Source: the human T2T-CHM13v2.0 reference genome, Homo sapiens
DNA: 64,000 nucleotides
Reading direction: 5' to 3' (one strand)
NCBI RefSeq assembly: GCF_009914755.1
Contig: NC_060928.1
The notes under the pieces are model-generated. The model was not told the origin of the DNA. It worked only from the letters and a program-made list of their open reading frames with translations, and did no database searches. This document shows positions 1-12,924 of this stretch, one piece after another. The position numbers and the translations under genes are program-made. How positions within the stretch are numbered: position 1 is the first letter of the stretch; every line of letters starts with the position of its first letter.

Positions 1-173
1 GACCATGTCACCCCCACACTGTGCCATTATCAGAACTCTCTTTGGTTAATTAGGCTTGAGTTGTTACATGAGAAAAAAATCATCTTCTAACCTTTTAAAG
101 TCACTGTTTTTTTTCGGGGTGGGGGGCGACGGGTCTTTGTTATAGGAACAGCCTTTGTCCTAATGAAAATCAT

Positions 174-470
174 ATTTATTTATTTATTAGAAATCGGGTC
201 TTGCTCTGTCACCCCATACTTGAGTGTAGTGTTACTACCACAGTTCACTGCACCTTTCGACTCCTGGGATCAAGCAATCCTCCTCCCTCAGCCTCCTAGG
301 TAGCTATGTCTATGGGTGTTGGGGGTCGTGCACAGTACCATCACCAGCTATTTTTTTTTTTGGTAGAGAAGGTGTCTTTCTATGTTGCCCAAGCTGGCCT
401 TGAACTCCTGGCTTCCCACCACCGTGCCCCAATGGGCTGGGATTACAGGCATGAACACTCCATGCCTGAC
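174..470 (-). mobile_element. Alu, old (AluJ-like)
   Basis: Antisense Alu dimer (gggtcttgctctgtcacc...gctgggattacaggcatga), highly diverged. Confidence 0.85.
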
Positions 471-480
471 TGAAAAAAAA

Positions 481-1229
<749 letters not shown>

Positions 1230-1395
1230 CAAAATAATTTTTAAATAGGAAAACTGCTTAGGTTTTTATTTTGAGTTTAAATTTGTTGAAATAGTTTAGA
1301 AAATAATCTTGATTTTTCAATTTAGTTAATGTAACTACCTGTACATTCCTATTACATTCCTATAATTTTAGATTTTTTAAAGAAGTATGTTTATG

Positions 1396-1767
<372 letters not shown>

Positions 1768-2187
1768 TTATTCTTATTAAATGACAGCTGATTCAAAATA
1801 TATAAGAATTACATAAAAAAATAAAACTATTATGTTGTTTAAAAAGTTCATCAGCAAGAATGACTTGTGGCACTTTTCTCAACAAATATATGTTTGCTTT
1901 GGTAGCTAATGAGTCTTGAGGAAAACTAAATATTTACAGTGAAATATGAGCTATTCAGTTCAAATGAAATATTATATCAACTGAACACAATAAAACTCCA
2001 TCTTAAGACTCAAGTAATTCTGTTAACAGATACCAATTTTTTTTTCTTTTTTCTTTTGTTTTGTGATGGTCCTGGACTTGGAGATTTTTAGTGTAATGAA
2101 AAACTTATGTTGCTGAAAATTATCAAAACTAAATGACTAAGAGGCCAGCTGCCAATTTGAAAGTAGTCCATAGAAAAAAAATCTGTT

Positions 2188-2430
2188 ATAGGATACAAAG
2201 TTACAACTAGATAGGAGAATAGGTTCTAGTGTTCTATAGCACTGTAGGATGACTATAGCTAGAAGGACATGGAATGTTCCCAACACAAAAAAAACGATAA
2301 ATGTTTGAGATGATGGATATGCTAATTACCCTGATCTTATCACTATGTATTGTATGTATTTAAACAATACTGTGTACCCTATAAACGTGCACAACTATTA
2401 CGTGTCAACTATAAAAATTAAATTAAATTT
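2188..2430 (+). mobile_element. L1MA-type 3' UTR fragment
   Basis: ggatacaaagttaca...ttctatagcactgtagg...gatggatatgctaattaccctgat matches old L1 3' ends. Confidence 0.75.
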
Positions 2431-3069
2431 TATAAAAATAAACTATGGATTTTGTCTATAAGTTGTTTTTATTTATTTGAAATAAAATTACCTGAGAATG
2501 CATAGGTAATAAGTATTGACAGATGTGTTGATTTACTGTTTATATAATATTGTGATTTATTTAAACTCTTTGACAATAAACTATTACTTTGACAAAATAA
2601 ACACCTGCTTATAGAGGTAAATGAACATTCCAATACTACGACTCTCAGAGTCCTACCATTATGACTTTAGAAAGATTTATTTTAGAAAGATTATATATTA
2701 ACAGAATACTGTCTAACTTTCTAATAAAAAAACTAAAAAAAATGTAGGAAATAAAAATAATATTTTCAATTACTACATCATATGTCATGTATTTGGTGTA
2801 AAATCACTATAGCTTTATATTTTTAAAACATGAATCTTTAACTATTTTAAACAATGAATAGCATAATTTAAAACAATGTTGTTTATTCATTTATTACCTA
2901 CAAACCCACCATCTGTAGCCCTATTTAAAATATTTCTTCTAATATCTCATTTTAAATCTTGTGAAGCATGTTAGACAATTTTTGAATAATAGTTAATACA
3001 AATGTAAACCTATTTCAATAAGTTAATATGCAATTATAAGTTTTGGATCACTCATTTTCTGAACTACAT

Positions 3070-3206
3070 AAGGAGATATACCTAATGCTAAATGACGAGT
3101 TAATGGGTGCAGCACACCAGCATGGCACATGTATACATATGGTAACTAATCTGCACATTGTGCACATGCACCCTAAAACTTAAAGTATAATAATAAAAAA
3201 AAAAAA
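3070..3206 (+). mobile_element. L1PA 3' terminus (severely 5'-truncated)
   Basis: ggagatatacctaatgctaaatgacgagttaatgggtgcagcacaccagcatggcacatg...aaacttaaagtataataat plus A tail. Confidence 0.92.
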
Positions 3207-3794
3207 TTCAGTTTCAGATTGTCTCTGCTAACCAAGAATTGAGCCGCAATGCTTTTCATTACATGACAACGCATTTTAATGCTAAGCCAAGGAAGCCTGT
3301 TGTGTAAATGGCCTTCTGAGCTTCTCAGGTACTTGATACTCTTACTCAGGGCTCCATCTGATTTGAAGACCACCCCTACTCCCAGATTCCTAAGTATTTG
3401 GCAAACACTTTCTCATTCCTCAATACTGTGCCAATGAAACCTCTTCTATAAGAAATTTTCCAACTGAAAAGATGAAGGTAGTTCCCTTAAAATATTTGTC
3501 TTTGAATCACCATTGCCGAAAAGTGGGAAAAAAAAACTGGTCGGGGGCAATTTCTTAGAGATTTATTGAATGATAAGTAAAATTAAAATGGTATAATAAC
3601 AACAACAGAGGTAACATTTGTTTCAATTATTTGTAGTTTGCTATTTTATTCATAGTTGTTCCCTCTGTGAGCAGAGATATAATAGGAAATGTAGTTGGTT
3701 TATTTTATTTTGGAGCATTATTTCTCTCCAAATAGTTACAGACTCAAGTCGCTTACTTTTAGGAAAATTCTTTGTAATTTAGGAAATCAGTAGA

Positions 3795-3890
3795 GAACAC
3801 TGACTAAGATCTTTGGCTTCAGAGTCAAACAGGCCAAATCTAAGACTTACTAGCTATGTTATCTTGGGCAAACATCTTCAATTCTCATTC
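3795..3890 (+). mobile_element. MIR fragment
   Basis: ggcttcagagtcaaacag...acttactagctatgttatcttgggcaa resembles the MIR core. Confidence 0.6.
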
Positions 3891-5429
3891 TAATATTCCA
3901 AATTTAACTGGTCTTTATTTTTTTTCATTTCTATTCCATTACTCCTTGTTGAACTAAGCACATTTTTGATAACATATTTACCACCTGATGATAGTAAGCT
4001 GAATGACATTTGATTTAGATTTTTGTTTATACATGTAGATCTGCTAAAAATATGAGAAAATATTTCTGTAAATTTAGCATGATTTTATCTGTGAAAAGGA
4101 ATAGTGATTATTTTGTTAATATTTAGCAAGGAAACTTTCCTATAAAAGTTACAACTAATGAGAATCTTAAAACAATATCTTGATAAGGAAAACATTAAAA
4201 TCCTGTTAACAGCTTAGAGTTATATTTGTTTGCAATCACTCTTTTCAAAAATTACATATGCTAGTTAACTATTTATTTGTATTTGCACATAGATCACTAA
4301 TAGTGAAATATCTTTTTTGTCATTTTAATCTACAAATGAAGTGGATGAATATATTATAATTCAATTATTGTCTTGTTTGCTGTACAACAATCACAACTAC
4401 TAGAGTCACCACTAAAGACAGAAGGGCATCTGCAATTTAGTTTCAATAAGCCAAGAGAAAGGTAAAATGGCTTTTGTTAACATTGTGCTTCTCGGACTGG
4501 GGTTCCTGTATTGGGTGCCATGATATGGAATGTTCCATGTTACTGGAAATGTAGTGGTTTCTCCTGAACTCCCAATATATCAGTTTTCTAAGTAATATTT
4601 GAAAATATTATTTTTAAATTGAAGCAAATATGTTTTTTGATTCTTAAACTAGGTTTTGATGGATGAGTAGAATTTTTCACTAGTACTAGAATGGAACAAA
4701 ATGCAAAAGGCCTATAAATTTTAAATAAAAATGATATTTCAAAGATATTTCACAATGCTAACACTGAAGAATTTTTCAATCTGATATGGTATGGAAATGA
4801 ATCATGTTTTCTGTGTTTGGAGGCTAGAAGAAAATCTTTCATGTCTTTGTACGTCCTATGTTCAAAAAATCCCCACTTTCCTTAAAGAGCTCCTGTTGCC
4901 CTATCTAGAATACACATTTTCCTCAGTTCTCATTTTCTCACTTAAATAGCCAGATTATAAAATGTGGATGGATGCACCAGCCATTACATAGAAGATCAAT
5001 AATTGTGTACTGCATTACCTGAGAATGCAGGAGCATGTGCTTAGAACACTAGCAAATTGGGGACACTCAGACAACTGGGGACACTCAGACAGTTACAATA
5101 TACAAAAAAAATTTTTAAACCTTAGTGAATTTTGTATTTATAGTTTTTCTAAAATAATGCAAAGTAGACATCATGGGAAAAAAAGCAGAACTTAATGGGA
5201 ATTCCTTATACTAATTTCTCACTCTGCTTTCTATTTTGAATCAAATATAGGGCAGTGAAGGGGGACATCACAAGTTGTTCAGGTAGCAACAACTGCAAAA
5301 GTCTTCCTCTGACTTTGTGGATATCCATCAAAATCTGTCAAGGAGGCAATTGTAGGAGCACTCCTTTGTTTATGAAAATCATCAGCTTAGCAGGTTTTGG
5401 AAATAACTTCAGATCCTAGTCCTAACAAT

Positions 5430-5790
5430 TTTCAGTCTCCTCTGTCTTGACTCTCTATCATTCACAATTTGTTTACGCACATTTAATTTCTTATACCTAT
5501 GGAACATGCCACGTACTTTTATACCTCTATAACTTTGCATGTGTAGATCCCTGTCAGGTATGCTTTCTTCCACCTGTTCAAAGAACAAACTCTGCTCATT
5601 CATCAAAACACAGATTGAGTGTCATGGACTCTGTGAGGCCTTCATTGAATCACCTCCCACTACAGATGTAATTTGCATGTACTTATCTGACTTCCATTGT
5701 CACAGTGCATTGAATCATTATTCAACATGTCAATCTTTTCAACTATCACAAGGATTCTTCAGGGAGGAGATGGTACGTCTTGGGTAGTGG
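5430..5790 (+). mobile_element. L2 3' fragment
   Basis: ctttgcatgtg...ctgctcattcatcaaaacacag...ctctgtgaggccttc is typical of degenerate L2. Confidence 0.5.
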
Positions 5791-6403
5791 GCTAAAAGTG
5801 GCACACATGATTATTTAAAAACAAAGAGGTCTTTTCCTCTTTACTGACATGCTTTCAATCTCAATGATTATTTAATATAAATTCTATAAATATTAAAAGA
5901 TAAATGTGTGTATTTAGCAAAGAAGGACTTTAACTTTATATAGATGAAGAATGTTTGTTTTTGAAATGATATATTTTAGCAATTTATTTTCTAAAGTGTT
6001 TTCTCATACATTTGATTGCCTGATATTCATAATAATCCTCTCATTTCCTGAAAAAACAAATATCATTCTCATTTTTAAAGGCTGAGTCATACAAATATAT
6101 GACTAGCTCGAGAGCAAAATAGGTAAGTGCAGAAGGCTCTCTCTCTCTGTGTATCTCTCTCTATATATATGCAAACACATTTTTAATTTAATATCTGATC
6201 ACATATTTCAGTTATTGCATAGACACTTCTGATTTACTGGAAAATGATAGATCCTGCATATTTTGGAAAACATGCTTAATCTAAATGTGGTTTAATTGCT
6301 AAACAATGAACGATTTTTTAAAGTTCAACTTAAGTTATAAATTATGTAATTGATAATGACAGAAAAAATGATTAACATATGTTATGTACTTAATATACAT
6401 AGT

Positions 6404-6772
6404 TGCATCAGCATGACCTGGATGTGAGACATAGGGTTAAAGGAGATCATTTTGGAGCTTTAAGATTTGACTGCCCCTTGGATTTCGGACTTGCGTGCGG
6501 CCTGTAGCCCCTTTGTTTTGGCCAATTTCTCCCATTTGGAATGCGTGTATTTACCCAATCCCTGTACCCCTGTTGTATCTAGGAAGTAACTAACTTGCAT
6601 TTGATTTTACAGGCTCATAGGAGGAAGGGAACTTGCTTGTCTTAGATGAGACTTTGGACGGTAGAGTTTTGAGTTAATGCTGATATGAGTTAACACTCTG
6701 GGGGACTGCAGGGAAGGCACGATTGGTTTTGAAACGTAAGGACAAGAGATTTGGAAGGGGCCAGGGGCGGAA
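6404..6772 (+). mobile_element. THE1 (ERVL-MaLR) internal sequence, 3' end
   Basis: gacctggatgtgagacat...ggagatcattttggagctttaagatttgactgcccc..., ending in the polypurine tract ggggccaggggcggaa next to the LTR. Confidence 0.85.
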
Positions 6773-7115
6773 TGACATGGTTTGGCTGTGTCCCCACCTA
6801 AATCTCATCTTGAATTCCCATGTGATGTGGGAGGGACCCTCTATGAGGTAATTGAATCATGGGGGCAGGTCTTTCCTATGCTGTTCTCGTGATAGTGTAT
6901 AAGTTTCATGAGATCTGATGGTTTTAAAAAGGGAAGTTTCCATGCACAAACTCTCTTCTCTTGTCTGCCACCATGTGAGACATGCCTTTCACCTTCTGCC
7001 ATGATTGTGAGGTCTCTCAGCCACATGGAACTCTAAGTTCATTAAACCTCTTTCTTTTGTTAATTGCCCAGTCTCGGGTATGTATTTATCAGCAGCATGA
7101 AAAAGGACTAATACA
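6773..7115 (+). mobile_element. THE1 LTR (3' LTR)
   Basis: tgacatggtttggctgtgtccccacc...gaggtaattgaatcatggggg...attaaacctct...ggactaataca; TG...CA termini. Confidence 0.92.
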
Positions 7116-7562
7116 TGTACATATTGGAACATAGTAAATATGGTACTTTTCATTTTAACAACAGACAAAAGCATACTTTTAATCAATTGTTTTAGTGAAG
7201 CAATTTTCCTTTGCTGAGCTATGCAGATATAAAACAGAAACTTCAAGACCTATTTGCATTACTATTTACCAAATTGTTCAAATTGCTATACAATGGACAG
7301 TGTAAACATACTGACTCCAGCATCATTAGGCAAATCTCTGACCACTATTATCTGTTTGTCTGCTTATTCTGGCTTTCTGGAAAATAATGACAATAATACC
7401 TACAATACAGGGTTGTTATTAATATAAACAAACACATAATAAATGACAAAACCAGTTCTAATATATGCCTTTACTCCAAGGCACTACACTCTGTGTTGTG
7501 TTCATTTTAGATTTTTCAGTACAGTTTTGTTTTGTTTATTTGACTTTTTAAAAAAGATTTAC

Positions 7563-7860
7563 TTTTTTTTTTTTGAAACAGAGTTTCTTTCACTCTTGTT
7601 GCCCAGGCTGGAGTACAATGGTGTGATCTCGGCTCACAGCAACCTCCGCCTTCCAGTTGCAAGAGAATTTCCTGTCTCAGTCTCCTGAGTACCTGGGATT
7701 ACAGGCGCCCAGCACCATGCCTGGCTACTTTTTGTATTTTTTGTAGAGCCGGGGTTTCATCATGTTGGCCAGGACTGGTCTTGAACTCCTGACCTCATGA
7801 TCCACCCGCCTCGGCCTCCCAAAGTGCTGGGATTACAGGCGGGAGCCACGGCGCCCAGCC
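7563..7860 (-). mobile_element. AluS (Sp/Sq-like), TSD aaagattta
   Basis: Full antisense Alu (ctcttgttgcccaggctgg); aaagattta on both flanks. Confidence 0.92.
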
Positions 7861-10286
7861 AAAGATTTATTCTTATACCTCTGAATATAGACAGAAATCT
7901 GGACTCAAGAAAATTTTGATGATTTTAACCTAAACCATATTTTTCTATTCCTATTGCTTTGATAATAGCACAAGTTGTATCTGTCTCAGTAAACTTTAAT
8001 GTAATTCAGAGAACCAACAGCCAAGGGACACATTTCTCCACCCACTACATCATAATAGAGAACAGAAATCACATTCAATTCAAAATACATTTAGAGTCAT
8101 TTCAAAATTGATAAAGTACATTTTTCCAATTTGCTTACATAATGTCACTAGAAAATTATACTCTAGGGTATTAGAAACAGTGTGGTCAAGGTATTTTAGA
8201 AAATTAGAGTGATTTTTGAATATTTTTCAAGCTACATGACAAAATACAAAACAAATGAAACATAGAGCATTTGTCCACGTGCCTTTAAGAATTACCTTAG
8301 AACATTTGGTTTGGCCACTACCCCGTCTGTAGTGAAGATGCTGGAGCACAATCTACATCTAAGCATTTTCCAGACGTTTATTTACAGAAATGTTAATACT
8401 GCCACTGGCAGCATGTGATTGAATCGTTTAAGTTTAGCATAGATGGCCTGGTGTCAGCCTATGCTAATTGATGGCAAAGTAAATGGCAAAGTTGCTTTTC
8501 TAGGCCTCAGTTCCTTGCTAGGGAAAATCAACTTAATGTTTTATTTTTGTCCATGGAATAAAACTGTTTACATGTGCAATTTCTTCCTGTGTTTGTGCAA
8601 AAACAGATGCAATTCTGTGTTACGTGGAGCCAGAATGCCACAGAGATAGGTCACAGTTTATTCAAAATTGTAACTATTTTTAAATCTTTTCTGCTATTTG
8701 ATGATATTAAATATTCTTGCTTTTTTCATGTCACAAATTGCATTAATGATAACATTATAAAAAAGGTTATGTGATATTATAAAATTAACTCTCCCCATAA
8801 GTGAGAAAACTTTAATATTTAACAAGAAAATTTTCTTTTATTTTGGTGGTCTTTCATTTTGTCTTTTTGCCAATATCATCTGCTACTTTATGGATAAAAT
8901 GGAGCTAGAGTTTGAAACATAAACACTATTACCAGAAATATTCATTTAAATATAATGGAGGAAATAGAAATCTCTTTTTCCTCCATGATCAATTTCAACA
9001 CCAATTATAAGTCAAAACATCAAGGCTTCAATATAAATACATTCAACTACCTTGCATTACCAGTGTTTGATGATGAAATCCTAAAAGATGACATATGGTG
9101 AATCTTGAATCTTTAGAAATTTTACAAAAGAGCACAAAATATATAACATATCAGATCACAATACCAATAAGCAGTCACCATAAAAAATTGTAAACGTCAA
9201 GGTGGCATTTCATCACACAGATGACTTAATCTATTGTACTGTCACAAGACTGCTTGATTTAAATATTTGTCTTTTTTATTATGATGAAAATTGAAACACT
9301 ATAATCCTGTACTATAAAATGCTATGGTAATATTCAAGCAATTGGAGTACATGATTTGATACCAAATTACGTTCTCAAAGGCCTCATTTCTGCTTTTGAT
9401 TTTATGAGTGTAGATGCAAAGATGCAACCTTTATTATATTGGTTGAGGATGTCTTCCAAGATGTAAATTTAGAAAAGGTTTTAAGAATATAGCAAAGCAT
9501 ACCATCATGAAACCACCCAATAGGTAGCAGTTGTAATGGTTTCAGAATTGTATTTGTTGTTACTACTGTTTTTATGTAGTTTAAAGAATAAAATACCTAT
9601 AAAAATATTTGTCGTTATCTTTTTTAAGTAACTATATAGCATAGATTATAAACCCCACTTGTCTCTCATTAGTATTTTAGATTCTCCAGAGTTGAATGCA
9701 TAACACTATAACATTATCAGCAAATAGAAAAAAACAGTTTAGCGAGAAATTATGATTTCAATTTTGTTTGGGGTACTAAAAACACTGTCATTTTTAAAAT
9801 TCATGACTACAACTTCACATTACTTAATATACATTAGATTATTTGTCTTCTCAATAACAATCATTTGGTTTTTCCCAAGTGATTGTTCTTACCATTTTTA
9901 TTATAAAATCAGGTTTAAAAGTTATCTTAAAATAGATGCTTTTCCAGGAAAAATAAAGTCTATAAATTTCACTTTTCTGTAATTTTACACACAGAGAATG
10001 AATCTTAGGGTGAATCTTAGAATGAATCATTTGAGTCTTAATAGCATTTCACCAGTGTTTCTTCTTACCTAAAATGTTTCTCATTTTTAGAAAGTTTGAG
10101 TTCAGACAAGATGCAGTGAGAACCCTTTCTCTAGGTTTGAAAGCTTACCTTGGGGCACCTAATTTATGTGATGACTTACAGCAGAAACCCAGCAGCCTAC
10201 TGTTGACATTTTCATAGATCAGGAGTTGGCTGCTTGGAAGAGCAAAAACATGTTGCATATGCCATGGCAAACCCTCGATAATATAC

Positions 10287-10333
10287 ATATATATATTTAC
10301 TGTATATATATTTACTATATATATATTTACTGT
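10287..10333. repeat. 15-bp tandem repeat (tatatatatttactg) x~3
   Basis: Seen directly; translates as SKYIY x3 in the ORF track. Confidence 0.8.
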
Positions 10334-12560
10334 AGTTCAAACATGATAGTAAAAAGTTACAGTGTTCTTGTAAAGTAAATGAGAGTTTAAATGCAAAAAT
10401 CAAAATTTAGGAAAGACTGTCTAGAAATTAAAAATGAATATGTGCTCCGTAACTACCAGGATCAATAGAAAATTTCTACAGAAGAAATAAGATAAAATGT
10501 TGTATTATCAACTAATAATATTAACCTGGGTTGGGGTATTTATACTAACTACTAACTCCTATACTTGATCTGCAAAGAATAGGTTTCAGTTTGCTTCACT
10601 TACCCATATTTGAATGTTTTATGACTATTCCTTCTGCACTCCTGGAGTGCAAGGTACAGAACTCTTAAGAAACACGGCTCTTTCCACTGCTGACACCGCC
10701 TTTCAAAAAGTGCTTCAGGGACTCATGAAAAAGACAGGTTGCATGTGACTATAGTAATCATGGAAGAGGTCATGGAAAAAGGAAAACATAAAAATAAGTC
10801 ATGAAAAATGAGAATGAGATACGTAACAGGACAAAGGCCGCCTTTTCTAGATGAAAAACTCACTGTGAGGAAGACACAAAAAAAGAAAGAGCAGTGAATG
10901 TGGCGTGAAGATAGGTGATACCTGATTTGTGTGAAGAATGCATGAAAGAGGAAACAAGGATCCGAAAGCAAATATGGTTTGGAGGCAGGTAGTGAAGAGA
11001 TTTTGGATTTGGGAATAGGAAATGTGGATGTTGTTTGGTGTTGATGTTTGAATAGAAAGCTTCTGGTAAGACCTGTCTATCATCAGGAACATCCTGGCTG
11101 CCTGTGAAAGAGCTCACACTGCAGTATTACCTTGATGAATTTCCCACCATCCATGATTTGGCCTTCAGCCCTAAAGCCTCAGAAACCTTGTTCTGTCAGC
11201 AGAAAACATGTTTCAGGAAGACTGGTACATTTGCTCCCTGAGGCTGAGCTGCATTAAAATCAGAAATTTGCTGGGTGAGCATGGAATTGAAGAAAGGAAA
11301 ATTTTTGACCTGTACATGTTGTAGAGCATTAGAGTAATGTTAGAAATGACCACTGTCTTTCCTTAGTACTGGCAAATGTTGCCTGGGTAAATGATTTTTC
11401 TGTGTCTCACTTCAGACTTCTTCTGATGAACAGCCACCCTCCAAGTATATGTTACAATATTTGAAGAGTCTCCAGTAGACTTAGGAATCACATGATCTCC
11501 CTCTAACGTGACTATACATATATATGAACTGATCCATTATGTGGAGTTTGCGGTTTATCCCACCGAAAAAAATACCGTTTACAGATTTTTGGAAGGCAAC
11601 TTACAGTTGCAGCTATATACAATCCTGTTCTGTAATACATTAAAAGATGAATAGAAGATTTTAAACAGAAGAACAAGATCAGAACTATGATTTGGGAAAA
11701 AAAATAATTGATCAAAAAAGTATTATTGGTGCTTGCAGGCAGGGAGAAGCCTGAAAACATGAAGGTTATCTACAAGACTAGCCTAAGGGATGGATAATGA
11801 GGATCTGGCCCAAAGAAGGGTGAACAGTCTTGGATTTGAAAAATACTGCAGAGAAGACCCTGACAGGATATGCAAGCGATTTGATTGGGAACGCTGAGGA
11901 GGAAGACAAGAGTCCAAGATATCATCAATAATAAACTTCCTGTAATTGCAAGGTCATTTAAATTTTTTTTGCACAGCTTTAAGAGTTGTGTTCTGTAGAA
12001 ATGATGGCATTGCACAGCTCACTTTTACCTACGTTTTAAATAATCACAGCTGAGAACTGTGAATTCTCTGAATATTATACACAATTTTTTGTATATCTAA
12101 GTATTTTCTGAAAAAGTAACCATAGATATCCTCAAATTCTGAGTTTCTGCGCCCCAAAATAATTAAGGATTTTTGGCCCAGAAGATTAGCTTTGGAAAAG
12201 CATCAGTTTAATACATGTAGAAACACTTTATTATGTTGCAAAAGTAAACACTCATAACTGAATGACAATAGTACAGAGAAATCCTAAAATAAATATAAAT
12301 AAGATCAGAGACTAGAGATAAACTACATTGCCAAACTAAACACATGTACAAATTGCCTTATCCAATGGCTTTGTTAAAGAACAAAAAACAATTTGTTAAA
12401 CACGGTGAAAAAAAATTTATGTGGCTACTTTATTTGCCTTTTATTAATGAATGTAAACTTTAAAAAGAATTAAACAAAAGTTTGTTAAATAATAATTTGA
12501 ATATCCTTAACAAGTTGGACAATTTTATTTACAAGGTTATTTCAGTTAAAAATTGTAATA

Positions 12561-12924
12561 CAGTTGACCCTCTGTATCCATGAATTTCACGTCCATGCAT
12601 TCAACCAACCACAGGCTGAAAATACCGAGGAAAAAAAGAATGGATGGTTGCCTCTCTACTGAACATGTACAGATGTTTTTTTTTGTTGTTTCTTGGTATT
12701 TTTTCCTAAAAAATACAGTAAAGCAACTATTTACATAGCATTTATATTGTATAAGGTATTATAAGTACTCTAGAGGTAATTTAAAGTGTATTGGAGAATG
12801 AGTGTAGGTTACATGCAAATACTACATTGTGTTATATAAGGGACTTGAGGATCCATGGATTTTGGTATCTCTCCTGGTGGGGGTGTCCTGGAACCAATTC
12901 CCCATGGATACTGAGAGAAGACTG
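12561..12924 (-). mobile_element. MER2 (TcMar-Tigger non-autonomous DNA transposon)
   Basis: TIRs cagttgaccctctgtatccatg / catggatactgagagaagactg, TA on both sides; internal gggacttgaggatccatggattttggtatc...cctggaaccaat matches MER2 antisense. Confidence 0.88.

Noticed and set aside
5058-5091. Short tandem duplications (18-bp period here; also ~9997-10028, ~49260-49283, ~50850-50876)
   Set aside because: Ordinary slippage duplications with no sign of function.
10061-10152. Two minus-strand donor-like motifs (TAG|GTAAGA, AAG|GTAAGC) as a cryptic exon
   Set aside because: No convincing pyrimidine tract or acceptor upstream. Such motifs are common in long introns.
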